Assembly (NCBI GenBank): GCA_028718865.1
Contig: JAQUKX010000001.1
Coordinates: forward strand, 67-64,066
Length of the DNA stretch: 64,000 bases
Origin: Patescibacteria group bacterium
GTDB taxonomy: Bacteria > Patescibacteriota > Patescibacteriia > UBA1558 > GWA2-36-10
Direction of reading: 5' to 3'
The notes beneath the pieces were generated by a model. It did no database searches. It saw only the letters and a program-made list of their open reading frames with translations, and was not told the DNA's origin. A program made the position numbers and the translations under genes. Positions within the stretch are counted from its first letter, which is position 1; each line of letters starts with the position of its first letter. This document shows positions 55,535-64,000 of the stretch, one piece after another.

Positions 55535-56812
55535 TTAAAATCCTTCGTAATCGCGCATTACCAGCTGGGCGTCTATTTGCTTGACTGTTTCTATAGCTAC
55601 CGAGACTGTAATCAACAAGCTGGTACCGCCTATGCTCATAGTAACTATACCGGTAGCCGGTCCGATGATAAAAGGCAAAACCGCTATCAAGCCTAAGAAG
55701 ATAGCGCCGGCGAAAATAATCCTATTCATGACAAAATTGAGATAGCCGGAAGTGTGGCTGCCCGGCCTGATGCCGGGTACAAAGCCTCCCTGTTTTTGCA
55801 GATTTTCGGCAATCTGATCGGGCTTGAAAATAACCGAAGTGTAAAAATAAGTAAAAAATACCACCATTAAAAAATAAATCGCTCCGTAAAAAATCTGATT
55901 TTGAAAAATATCAATTATCCATTGGGAAGAGCTGGCTATCCAATAAGTGTCGGAGCGTAAGAAAAATTGAGCGACCATGGGCGGGAAAATAATCACGGAA
56001 ATAGCAAAGATAATAGGAATAACTCCCGCTTGATTAACCCGCAAAGGCAAATGAGTACTAACTCCACCAACGCTCTTTTGCCCGACCACATGACGAGCAT
56101 AAGAAACCGGAATATTTCTGGTGCCTTCAGTCATTATCACAATAGCGGCAATGGTTATCAAAGCAATGATGCCAAAAATAAGCAAATTAAGAACCATGGT
56201 ATTATCAAAAGCAATCAAGGTATTTCTAATTGACTGGGGTAGTCCGGAAACAATACCGGCAAAAATGATCAAGGAAACACCGTTGCCTATTTTTTTCTCA
56301 CTGATAAGCTCTCCCAGCCACATCAAAAATATTGTACCAGCCGTGATAATCACTAAGGTAGCGGCCAACTGAAAAGAAGTCATGTCGCCCAAAAGGCGTC
56401 CTTGAGTCTGGCTAGATAATATTCGCAAAAAACCGTAGCCGTTGACAAGAGCCAAAGGCACGGTCAATAATCTGGTATATTGATTTATTTTCTGGCGTCC
56501 ATACTCGCCTTCCTTAGACAAAGCCTCCAGCTTGGGCACTATCATTACCAAAAGCTGAAAAATAATGGAAGCAGTGATGTAAGGACCGACTCCAAGCATT
56601 ACTACTGAAAAATTCTGCATTGCGCCGCCGGAAAAAAGATTGAGCAGTCCCAAAACCTGATTACTCTGAAAATATTCTCTCAAATCCCCGACATTGATGC
56701 CCGGGATAGGGATATGAGCAGCTATTCTAAAAATAATCAAAAGAGCCAAAACATATAAAATGCTGTTTCGGACATCTTTGGCCTTCCAAACTTGCTGTAA
56801 TTTGGCTAACAT
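55535..56812 (-). CDS. secY: Preprotein translocase subunit SecY
   Basis: HIPIPG, LGVGPYITASII, WLGELI, IGNGVSLIIFAGI, AGVIPIIFA, VPGIRPG. Confidence 0.98.
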   Translation of the reverse strand: MLAKLQQVWKAKDVRNSILYVLALLIIFRIAAHIPIPGINVGDLREYFQSNQVLGLLNLFSGGAMQNFSVVMLGVGPYITASIIFQLLVMIVPKLEALSKEGEYGRQKINQYTRLLTVPLALVNGYGFLRILSSQTQGRLLGDMTSFQLAATLVIITAGTIFLMWLGELISEKKIGNGVSLIIFAGIVSGLPQSIRNTLIAFDNTMVLNLLIFGIIALITIAAIVIMTEGTRNIPVSYARHVVGQKSVGGVSTHLPLRVNQAGVIPIIFAISVIIFPPMVAQFFLRSDTYWIASSSQWIIDIFQNQIFYGAIYFLMVVFFTYFYTSVIFKPDQIAENLQKQGGFVPGIRPGSHTSGYLNFVMNRIIFAGAIFLGLIAVLPFIIGPATGIVTMSIGGTSLLITVSVAIETVKQIDAQLVMRDYEGF

Positions 56813-56815
56813 AAT

Positions 56816-57328
56816 TTATTTTTTATTGACAATTTTTTCTTTTTTGTCTTTGGCGTCTTGGCCTTTGGGCTGGCTCTTTTTAAAATTTTTCAATACTGCT
56901 TGGCCGCCGCTGGCTTCTATTTTTTTAACTGCTTCTTTGGAAAAAGCATTGGCTTCTATTATCAAGCCTTTTTTGGCCAACTGACCGGCTGATAACACTT
57001 TTAGTCCGTTTTCAGTTGTTTTTATAAGACCAGCCTTGACTAGCTCTCTGGCATTTATAGTAGCGCCGTCGGCAAATATATTCAAGTTGCCGATATTAAC
57101 CACGGCCATTTGCGAATGCAAAGACTGAAAACCCCTTACTTTGGGAATGCGCAACAAATAACCCTTGATGCTGCGACCAGCTAAACCAGATCGACCGCCA
57201 GAACGAGCTCTTTGCCCCTTCATGCCTCGAGTGGAATAATTACCGCGGCCCGAAGCATTACCTCTACCTCTTCTTTTGGCTTTCTTGATTTTGCCTTTGG
57301 GTTTTGTCAAATTATTCAATGCCAACAT
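56816..57328 (-). CDS. rplO: 50S ribosomal protein L15
   Basis: RRGRGNASGRG...RGMKGQRARSG; operon position. Confidence 0.96.
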   Translation of the reverse strand: MLALNNLTKPKGKIKKAKRRGRGNASGRGNYSTRGMKGQRARSGGRSGLAGRSIKGYLLRIPKVRGFQSLHSQMAVVNIGNLNIFADGATINARELVKAGLIKTTENGLKVLSAGQLAKKGLIIEANAFSKEAVKKIEASGGQAVLKNFKKSQPKGQDAKDKKEKIVNKK

Positions 57329-57346
57329 AATTGTAAATATTAAGCT

Positions 57347-57997
57347 TTATTTTTTAGTTGCCGCAAGCGCTTCAGCTGGCTTGTTCTTAATCACTGGCGA
57401 CAAAGGTCGTGATTTGGGTAAAAATGAATTCAAAGCCAATACTGCTGCTTTGGCATTGTTGACTTTGTTGTTGGTACCCAAAATCTTGGCCACTACATCT
57501 CTGATACCAGCCAATTCCAAAACTATACGCAATACTCCGCCGGCTTTGATACCGCTACCTTGTCTGGCAGGCTTGATCATTATTTTGGCCGACTTCAGCT
57601 TGACCGTCACTGCATGGGGAATAGTACCATCAATCACCGGCACTTCAATCAATTCTTTCTTGGCTTTGGATACAGCTTTGGCAATGGCTGCTGATACATC
57701 AGCTCCTTTGGCAATGCCTACTCCCACGCGGCTTTTTTTATCACCGATAATCATACAAGCTCTGAATTTCATACGCTTGCCGCCAGCCATTACTCTGGTG
57801 ACGCGAGCCAAGTCCACTATTTTTTGTTCAAATTCCTCGGCCGGCTTATCTGATCTTTTACGACTAGACTTCCTAAACCCGCCGCGTCCCTTGCGATTTT
57901 CCCGATTATCGGAAGAAAAGCTTCTTGTTCTTGCTTTGGGAACAAATTTTCCCTCCGTGGAACTGGTCTGGTCTTTTGCTGTTTTTTTATCTTCCAT
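57347..57997 (-). CDS. rpsE: 30S ribosomal protein S5
   Basis: RVTRVMAGGKRMKF, GTIPH, GIKAGG. Confidence 0.97.
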   Translation of the reverse strand: MEDKKTAKDQTSSTEGKFVPKARTRSFSSDNRENRKGRGGFRKSSRKRSDKPAEEFEQKIVDLARVTRVMAGGKRMKFRACMIIGDKKSRVGVGIAKGADVSAAIAKAVSKAKKELIEVPVIDGTIPHAVTVKLKSAKIMIKPARQGSGIKAGGVLRIVLELAGIRDVVAKILGTNNKVNNAKAAVLALNSFLPKSRPLSPVIKNKPAEALAATKK

Positions 57998-58000
57998 ATA

Positions 58001-58357
58001 TTAAAAAATTACTCCTGCTTTTCTCATGCCCTCGGCCAAGGCTTTTACCCGGCCATGGTATTTATAAGCACCGCGATCAAAAAATATACTGCTGATTTTT
58101 TTATCCAGCAATTTTCTGCCCATTGCTTCGCCGACCAAAGCTGCTTTATCTGTCTTATTGCCCTTGGTTTTTATTTCTTTATCAGAAGCAGCAACAATAG
58201 TGGTCCGCTTATTGTCATCTATGGCTTGCACATAAATATGAGACAAGCTCCTAAATACGGACACACGAGGCTTGCCGGCAATGCCAAACATTTTACTTCT
58301 GGTTCTGACTGCCCGGCGCTGGGCTTTTACCCGTTTAAATTTTTTCTTATCTTTCAT
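58001..58357 (-). CDS. rplR: 50S ribosomal protein L18
   Basis: PRVSVFRSLSHIYVQAIDD, FDRGAYKYHGRVKA. Confidence 0.97.
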   Translation of the reverse strand: MKDKKKFKRVKAQRRAVRTRSKMFGIAGKPRVSVFRSLSHIYVQAIDDNKRTTIVAASDKEIKTKGNKTDKAALVGEAMGRKLLDKKISSIFFDRGAYKYHGRVKALAEGMRKAGVIF

Positions 58358-58373
58358 ATTTTTGCTTTGCTAA

Positions 58374-58934
58374 TTAAGCCGATTTGACGACTTTGCCGGC
58401 TTTTCTACGGATTTGTTCGTCAATATACTTGATGCCTTTGCCTTTGTAAGGCTCGGGCTTTTTGATGCTTCTTATTTCTGCAGCGGTCTGACCGACTAAT
58501 TGCTTGTCAATACCAAAAATCTTAATATTATTTTTATCCACTTCGGCATTGATGCCCTCGGGCAAGGCATATTCTACTGGATGAGAAAAACCAACATTGA
58601 GAACCAGTTTTTTGCCTTGTAAAGCTGCTTTGAAACCGACACCGTTAATTTCCAGTTCTTTGCTAAAGCCTTGACTAACGCCAACAATAGCATTGTTGAC
58701 CAAAGTGCGCGCCAATCCCCAAAAAGCTCTTTCTTTGACATTTTGCTCATCGGCTACGGCAAAAACCAACTTGCCATCCTCCTGTTTGAGGCTAACACCG
58801 GCCGGCAAAGACAAAGACAACTGGCCTTTGCTGCCTTTAACCCCTACTTTCTGAATTTGACTAGTAGCATCAGTCTCCAATTTGACTTCAATGCCTTGGG
58901 GTACAATTATCGGTTTTTTTCCAACTCTGGACAT
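58374..58934 (-). CDS. rplF: 50S ribosomal protein L6
   Basis: MSRVGKKPI, GFSHPV, PEPYKGKGI. Confidence 0.97.
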   Translation of the reverse strand: MSRVGKKPIIVPQGIEVKLETDATSQIQKVGVKGSKGQLSLSLPAGVSLKQEDGKLVFAVADEQNVKERAFWGLARTLVNNAIVGVSQGFSKELEINGVGFKAALQGKKLVLNVGFSHPVEYALPEGINAEVDKNNIKIFGIDKQLVGQTAAEIRSIKKPEPYKGKGIKYIDEQIRRKAGKVVKSA

Positions 58935-59004
58935 ATGTTTGTTTATGGCTTATGACCGCTTTGCTGTATAAGCACTTATAACTTAATTTATCAATTAATC
59001 TAAT

Positions 59005-59394
59005 TTACCAAATTTCACAGACCAATTCGCCGCCGACTTTTTTCTGCCAAGCCTGCTTGTTGCTAAGCATGCCGGAAGAAGTGGAAATAATAGCCAAACC
59101 ATAGCCATCCAAGACTTTTGGCAATTCTTTTTTAGATACATAAATCCTTTGCCCTGGCTTGGAAATACGCTTAATATGCCTGATGGCCGGACCTTTATCT
59201 GTATATTTCAAGCTGATTTTCAGCTCGGAAAAAACACCGTTATTCACTTTTTCCACCTTATCAACATAAGCCTCTTCTTCCAGAATTTTGGCAATATTAT
59301 ACTTGGCCTTGGAAAAAGGCATCAGTACCTCTGGCTTTTTGACGGCCACGGCGTTTCTAATTCTTGTTAGCATGTCCGCAATAGGATCTGTCAT
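59005..59394 (-). CDS. rpsH: 30S ribosomal protein S8
   Basis: MTDPIADMLTRIRNA, ISKPGQRIY, GGELVC. Confidence 0.98.
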   Translation of the reverse strand: MTDPIADMLTRIRNAVAVKKPEVLMPFSKAKYNIAKILEEEAYVDKVEKVNNGVFSELKISLKYTDKGPAIRHIKRISKPGQRIYVSKKELPKVLDGYGLAIISTSSGMLSNKQAWQKKVGGELVCEIW

Positions 59395-59493
59395 AATTTT
59401 GCTAATGGCTTATAACCTGCTAGCCCTGTCTATTTGGCTCTTAGCTATATAGCCGCTTATAATTTATAAATTTATTATATACTAATTTATCAT

Positions 59494-59679
59494 CTACCAG
59501 CTGGATTTTTTGACTCCGGGAATCTCCCCCTTGTCAGCCAACTCTCGAAAACAAATACGGCACAAATCAAACTTCCGCATATAAGAGCGCTGTTTGCCGC
59601 AACGCCAGCAGCGGCGTACTATCCTGGTAGAATATTTCGGCTTCTTTTTTGATTTTGCTATTTTGGCTTCTGTTGCCAT
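59494..59679 (-). CDS. rpsN: 30S ribosomal protein S14, short Zn-binding (type Z)
   Basis: 61 aa; RCWRCG...LCRICFRE...PGVKKSSW. Confidence 0.97.
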   Translation of the reverse strand: MATEAKIAKSKKKPKYSTRIVRRCWRCGKQRSYMRKFDLCRICFRELADKGEIPGVKKSSW

Positions 59680-59715
59680 ACTTTTAATCCTTTATAGAAA
59701 ATAATTATTATATGC

Positions 59716-60270
59716 TTATTTTTTGGCTTCTTTTTTGAAAGGAAATCCCAAGGCAGTCAAAAGAGCTAGAGCTTGAGCCTTGTCCTTGGCCGTACTGACT
59801 ACAGTCACTTCCAAGCCATGCGTCTTTTCCACATCAGCCAATCCGATTTCTGGAAAAACAATATGCTCTTTAAAACCAATGGTATAGTTTCCTAATTTAT
59901 CAAAACCTTTCTTGGGATCCAATCCATAAAAATCGCGTAAGCGGGGCAAAGTGATATTTACCAATTTCTCCAAAAAATCATACATCCTTTGGCCGCGCAA
60001 AGTCACTTTACTGCCGACTACCATGCCTTCTCTGATTTTAAAATTGGAAATAGCTTTTCTAGCTTTGGTATTTACCGGCTTCTGACCGCTTATTCTCTCC
60101 AAAATTGAATTGGCCAAATCAACCCACTGCTTGTCTGTCAGTGATTTGCCCAAGCCAATATTTAAGACAACCTTTTCCACTTGGGGGACAGCCATGATAT
60201 TTGACAAACCCAATTCCTCTTTGAGCTTGGCTCGCAATTCCTTTTTGTATTTCTGCGCTAATTTGTTCAT
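59716..60270 (-). CDS. rplE: 50S ribosomal protein L5
   Basis: ISGQKP, FKIREG, VTLRG, LPRLRDF. Confidence 0.97.
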   Translation of the reverse strand: MNKLAQKYKKELRAKLKEELGLSNIMAVPQVEKVVLNIGLGKSLTDKQWVDLANSILERISGQKPVNTKARKAISNFKIREGMVVGSKVTLRGQRMYDFLEKLVNITLPRLRDFYGLDPKKGFDKLGNYTIGFKEHIVFPEIGLADVEKTHGLEVTVVSTAKDKAQALALLTALGFPFKKEAKK

Positions 60271-60293
60271 ATTCTTAAAATTATAGTGAAAAA

Positions 60294-60620
60294 CTAATCA
60301 ATCGCCTCTTTACACTTCTTACAAATTCTAGACTTGGCGGTTTTTTTGCCTTCAATCCCTGCTTTAGCTTTGATGCCAATCTTGACTGGCTGAGAGCACT
60401 TGGGACAAAGCAAAAGAACATTGCTAGCAGAAATCGGTCCATTGAATTGCACTCGCTGACCTTTTTCACCGCTTTTTCTGGGACGAATATGCTTATACAT
60501 GATATTTATCCCCTCCACCACCAGCTGATTGCTAGTTGGCAAAATCTGCACTACTTTGCCTGACTTGCCTTTATCTTTACCGACGGCGATTTTTACTTTG
60601 TCGTTAACTTTGATTTTCAT
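60294..60620 (-). CDS. rplX: 50S ribosomal protein L24
   Basis: GKDKGKSGKV, VVEGIN, PISASNV. Confidence 0.96.
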   Translation of the reverse strand: MKIKVNDKVKIAVGKDKGKSGKVVQILPTSNQLVVEGINIMYKHIRPRKSGEKGQRVQFNGPISASNVLLLCPKCSQPVKIGIKAKAGIEGKKTAKSRICKKCKEAID

Positions 60621-60627
60621 AATATTA

Positions 60628-60999
60628 TTATAAAACTTCCGGCGCTAAAGAAACTAATTTATTATAACCTTTAGCTCTCAATTCTCTGGCCACTGGACCA
60701 AAAATGCGGGTGGCTTTGATTTCTTTATTATTTTTATCAACAATCACCACGGCATTTTCATCAAAACGAATATAAATACCGTTTGGTCGTCTGATTTCTT
60801 TTCTCTGCCTGACTATCACAGCATGAACCACTTGGCCTTTTTTGATAGCTGTATGAGGCTGAGCTGATTTGACAGCCACAGTGATAATATCGCCCACTCT
60901 GGCGTATCTTTTTTTGTAGCCGCCCAAAACCCTGATGCACTGCACTAGCTTGGCACCAGAATTATCCGCGACTCTTAACATTGACCTGTGTTGTATCAT
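60628..60999 (-). CDS. rplN: 50S ribosomal protein L14
   Basis: [27 protein letters not shown]. Confidence 0.98.
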   Translation of the reverse strand: MIQHRSMLRVADNSGAKLVQCIRVLGGYKKRYARVGDIITVAVKSAQPHTAIKKGQVVHAVIVRQRKEIRRPNGIYIRFDENAVVIVDKNNKEIKATRIFGPVARELRAKGYNKLVSLAPEVL

Positions 61000-61032
61000 A
61001 TATTTGCTTATGGCTTATGGCTGGACTGATTT

Positions 61033-61287
61033 TTATTTGTTATTAACCACCTTGATTACCCGCCAGCGCTTGTCTTTGGACAAAGGGCGGCATTCTTGTA
61101 TTACCACAAAATCACCGACTTTGTACTGATTTTTTTCATCGTGGGCTTTGTACTTTTTGGAAGACTTATATCTCTTTTTATACTTAGAGTGAACTTTTAA
61201 GGCAGTCACTTCGACAACGACTGTTTTGTCCATCTTGTCGCTGACCACGGTTCCTTCCAATTTTCTTTTACTTACTTGTTTTTCCAT
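61033..61287 (-). CDS. rpsQ: 30S ribosomal protein S17
   Basis: [28 protein letters not shown]. Confidence 0.97.
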   Translation of the reverse strand: MEKQVSKRKLEGTVVSDKMDKTVVVEVTALKVHSKYKKRYKSSKKYKAHDEKNQYKVGDFVVIQECRPLSKDKRWRVIKVVNNK

Positions 61288-61299
61288 TTTATCTATTGA

Positions 61300-61542
61300 T
61301 TATTTTTCTTGTTTGGCGATAGCTTCTTTTTTATCAGAGCCAGCGTTCTCTCTGCCTAGTCTCTGCTGGTTCAAAATAGTGATAATCTTGGCGATGGTTT
61401 TTTTCACCTCTCTCAGCTCGCGGACATCTTTGAGCTGATTATTGGCAATAGAAAACCTAAGCTCGCGGCTTTTGTTTCTCAATTCCGTCAGTTTATCTGT
61501 CAGTTTATCTGCTGATAATTTTCGCAATTCTTTTATCTTCAT
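61300..61542 (-). CDS. rpmC: 50S ribosomal protein L29
   Basis: KELRKLS...LRF...VKKTIAKIITIL; operon position. Confidence 0.93.
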   Translation of the reverse strand: MKIKELRKLSADKLTDKLTELRNKSRELRFSIANNQLKDVRELREVKKTIAKIITILNQQRLGRENAGSDKKEAIAKQEK

Positions 61543-61565
61543 TGCCTTAAATTAATTTATCATTA

Positions 61566-61982
61566 TTAAACCAAATCTCTGCTTACAAATTTTGTTTTCA
61601 CAGACAATTTATGTCCGGCTAGCTTCAAAGCTTTTTGCGCCATTTCTCGGCTAATGCCTTTCATTTCAAAAAGTACTGTACCCGGTTTGACCACCGCCAC
61701 ATAATGATCGACTGCGCCTTTACCCTTACCCATGGGCATTTCACTGCCTTTGGCGGTAATGGGCTTATCGGGAAAAATACGGATAAAAATGTCGCCGCCT
61801 CTTTCCACATGACCGACTATAGCCCGACGAGCAGACTCAATCTGGCGAGCGCTGATCCAACCGGCCTGCAAACTTTTAAGACCATATTCGCCAAAAGCGA
61901 CTTGGTTCATTCTGCCGGCTTTGCCTTTGATTTGATCGCCGCGCTGCCACTTTCTATGTTTTTCTTTTTTTTGTGCCAACAT
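61566..61982 (-). CDS. rplP: 50S ribosomal protein L16
   Basis: FGEYGL, RQIESAR, IRIFPDKP, MGKGKG. Confidence 0.97.
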   Translation of the reverse strand: MLAQKKEKHRKWQRGDQIKGKAGRMNQVAFGEYGLKSLQAGWISARQIESARRAIVGHVERGGDIFIRIFPDKPITAKGSEMPMGKGKGAVDHYVAVVKPGTVLFEMKGISREMAQKALKLAGHKLSVKTKFVSRDLV

Positions 61983-61986
61983 AATA

Positions 61987-62769
61987 TTAACTCTTAGCTT
62001 TTACTTTGCTGGTTTTTACTTCTTTGGCAGGAGCTGTTTGACTGCCTACTGTCTGTTTAGCCAGTCCTTCAGCGGAAAAAAGCTTAGCGGTCTTAGCTGC
62101 CGGAGCTTGTTTTTTCTCTTTATTTTCCTTTTTATCAAAATACTCTCCTTTATAAATCCAGACCTTGATGCCAATAACCCCATAGATAGTCTGGGCATGG
62201 CCGCGACTGTAGTTTATATTTGAGCGCAAAGTCTGTAAGGGGATTTTTCCGTCCACTAGCTTCTCCTCACGAGCAATGTCCGCTCCGTTTAGGCGGCCAG
62301 AAACAATGATTTTGACCCCTTTGGCGCCGGCTTTCATGGTACGATCAATATTCTGCTTCATTACTCGGCGAAAAGGAATACGCTTTTCCAAATCGTTTTT
62401 GATACTTTCTAAAACCACACTAGCTGACAAGAAAGGTACGGAAACTTCGGAAATATTTATTTTTAACTTGGTATCTTTATCCAAAAACTTCTTTTGCAAC
62501 TTGCCTTTTAACTCCTCAATGCCACTGCCTCCTCGGCCGATGATAATACCCGGCTTAGCGGCAACCACGTTGATAGTTATTTCTCCTCTATTTCTTTCTA
62601 TTTCTATCCTATCAACACTGGCATCCTTCAAAGCGCCGGCCAGATATTTGCGTATAGAAATATCCTGCTGCAAAAACTTGGCAAAATCACGAGGACCGGC
62701 ATACCAGCGCGATCTCCATTTTTCGCTCAATCCCAGACGGAATACTATCGGATTTATTTTTTTACCCAT
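61987..62769 (-). CDS. rpsC: 30S ribosomal protein S3
   Basis: MGKKINP, KPGIIIGRGG, SGRLNGADIAR, YGVIGIKVWI. Confidence 0.98.
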   Translation of the reverse strand: MGKKINPIVFRLGLSEKWRSRWYAGPRDFAKFLQQDISIRKYLAGALKDASVDRIEIERNRGEITINVVAAKPGIIIGRGGSGIEELKGKLQKKFLDKDTKLKINISEVSVPFLSASVVLESIKNDLEKRIPFRRVMKQNIDRTMKAGAKGVKIIVSGRLNGADIAREEKLVDGKIPLQTLRSNINYSRGHAQTIYGVIGIKVWIYKGEYFDKKENKEKKQAPAAKTAKLFSAEGLAKQTVGSQTAPAKEVKTSKVKAKS

Positions 62770-62774
62770 ATAAT

Positions 62775-63290
62775 TTACTGCTTATTTTTATCAGCGTTTT
62801 TTTTACCAGCTGACTGTTTTGGCTCATCTTTGACTTTGTCTTTTTTGACAGACTTAGATTTGATAGGCTCTTCCTTTTTTTCTTTTGTTATTTTGGTCAA
62901 ATCAACTGTCTCTATCTCTGGAGTCGCTTTTTCTTTTACTGTCGGCTTGACGCCTTCTTTAGCTACCAAAACTATCTCAATATGAGAAGCATGCTTATAG
63001 TAGGGGTGAGCGCGACCAAAAGCAGCTGGACTAAAACGCTTTAAATCTTTGCCCTTATTGACCAAAATGCTTTTGATTTTCAAATCTTGCGCCCCCAATT
63101 CATATTTGTCAGTCATATTGGCTACAGCGCTTTTCAACAACTTCTCAATAATCGGCGATGATTTTTTAAAAATAATCGGCAAGCGGTCCAAAGCATCAAC
63201 AACATCCAGACCACGAATGGCATCAGCTACCAAACGAGCTTTTTTGGGAGAAATTCTCACGTGTTTCAATTTTGCTCTTGATTCAATCAT
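62775..63290 (-). CDS. rplV: 50S ribosomal protein L22 (Lys/Glu-rich C-terminal extension)
   Basis: RISPKKARLVADAIRG, LLKSAVAN, SHIEIVL. Confidence 0.96.
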   Translation of the reverse strand: MIESRAKLKHVRISPKKARLVADAIRGLDVVDALDRLPIIFKKSSPIIEKLLKSAVANMTDKYELGAQDLKIKSILVNKGKDLKRFSPAAFGRAHPYYKHASHIEIVLVAKEGVKPTVKEKATPEIETVDLTKITKEKKEEPIKSKSVKKDKVKDEPKQSAGKKNADKNKQ

Positions 63291-63310
63291 ATTGATAAAT
63301 TAACTGACAA

Positions 63311-63598
63311 TTATTTGCCGCCTTTGGCCTGATCTTTGGCCATCTTACCGCCATGGGAAATAAACTTCTTGGTAGGAGAGAATTCCCCCAGACGATGCCC
63401 AACCATGTTTTCTACCACATAGACATTGAGATGCTCTTTGCCATTGTGGACACCAAAAGTAAAACCAACCATCTCTGGACTAATAACCGAGGAGCGAGAC
63501 CAGGTTTTTATCACTTTGGCATTTTCTGGTTTTAACCCAGCTATTTTCTTGAGTAGCTTAGGGTCAGTATAAGGGCCTTTTTTTAAACTTCTTGACAT
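63311..63598 (-). CDS. rpsS: 30S ribosomal protein S19
   Basis: [30 protein letters not shown]. Confidence 0.98.
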   Translation of the reverse strand: MSRSLKKGPYTDPKLLKKIAGLKPENAKVIKTWSRSSVISPEMVGFTFGVHNGKEHLNVYVVENMVGHRLGEFSPTKKFISHGGKMAKDQAKGGK

Positions 63599-63601
63599 AA
63601 T

Positions 63602-63643
63602 TATTGCTTATGGCTTGTTGCTTATGGCTTATTGTTTATAATT
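63602..63643. repeat. Degenerate heptamer tandem repeat (TATGGCT family)
   Basis: tattgct tatggct tgttgct tatggct tattgtt tataatt fills the rplB-rpsS spacer. Confidence 0.7.
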
Positions 63644-64000
63644 TATACTTTTCTTCTAGTCTTTGACGGGCGGCGCTGGATAATAAGACGATTGGAAAAT
63701 TTCTTGTTTTTTCTGGTTTTGATACCGTAGGCCTTTTTACCCTTGAAAGTCTTGGGCTGTTTCATACCAATAGGATTGGAACCTTCGCCACCGCCGTGCG
63801 GGTGATCCACTGGATTCATGGCTTTACCGCGAACTGTCGGCTTGATACCCATGTGACGCTTGCGGCCAGCTTTGCCGATACGAATATTTCTGTGTTCAGA
63901 ATTGGATGGAATGCCGACAGTAGCCAAACAATCTTCTGGTACTAGCCGAATCTCACCACTAGGCATCTTAAGCTGAGCAAAACCATTGGCCAAAGAAGAC
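63643..64000 (-). CDS. rplB: 50S ribosomal protein L2 (C-terminal part; 5' end outside window)
   Basis: [30 protein letters not shown]. Confidence 0.98.
   Translation of the reverse strand, partial: SSLANGFAQLKMPSGEIRLVPEDCLATVGIPSNSEHRNIRIGKAGRKRHMGIKPTVRGKAMNPVDHPHGGGEGSNPIGMKQPKTFKGKKAYGIKTRKNKKFSNRLIIQRRPSKTRRKV

Noticed and set aside
612-63535. Numerous antisense and alternate-frame ORFs in the six-frame track (e.g. 15709-16305, 17736-18269, 52627-53151, 57276-58004)
   Set aside because: They lie over well-supported genes and have no recognisable motifs; shadow ORFs
1-64000. Alternative genetic code 25 (Gracilibacteria/Absconditabacteria)
   Set aside because: Genes read full length under code 11 and TGA serves as a stop, including ATGA overlaps at 10987, 18931, 27547, 32978 and 34054

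Overview
AT-rich bacterial chromosome segment, most likely Patescibacteria/CPR (Parcubacteria-like). This rests on rpmD/L30 missing between rpsE and rplO, CPR-style pilin and surface proteins, and TGA acting as a stop codon (code 11). Most genes are on the minus strand. Left to right: (1) a MacAB-type ABC exporter; (2) a ~16 kb type IV pilus operon (three tandem major-type pilins, a PilM fusion, five domain-decorated minor pilins, PilC, PilB) headed by a stripped-down chemosensory module (MCP-like receptor without a ligand-binding domain, CheW, CheA, single-domain response regulator); (3) a ~21 kb surface-glycan locus with a small GIY-YIG nuclease and an O-antigen-ligase/OTase-TPR gene; (4) a 1185-aa S-layer-like protein with a long structured leader, an ECF sigma/anti-sigma pair and a catalytically dead HtrA-like protein; (5) housekeeping genes and the S10/spc ribosomal protein operon. 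Intergenic spaces from 22.0 to 49.6 kb hold a family of TGTCATT-tagged REP-like repeats. Their variants co-vary to keep a strand-specific hairpin built from tandem G.A pairs, usually capped by a GNA triloop, and one copy abuts the GIY-YIG gene. The best candidates for undescribed systems are the minimal Che-T4P sensory operon and the G.A-hairpin repeat/GIY-YIG element. All calls come from reading motifs by eye; no database search or folding program was run.
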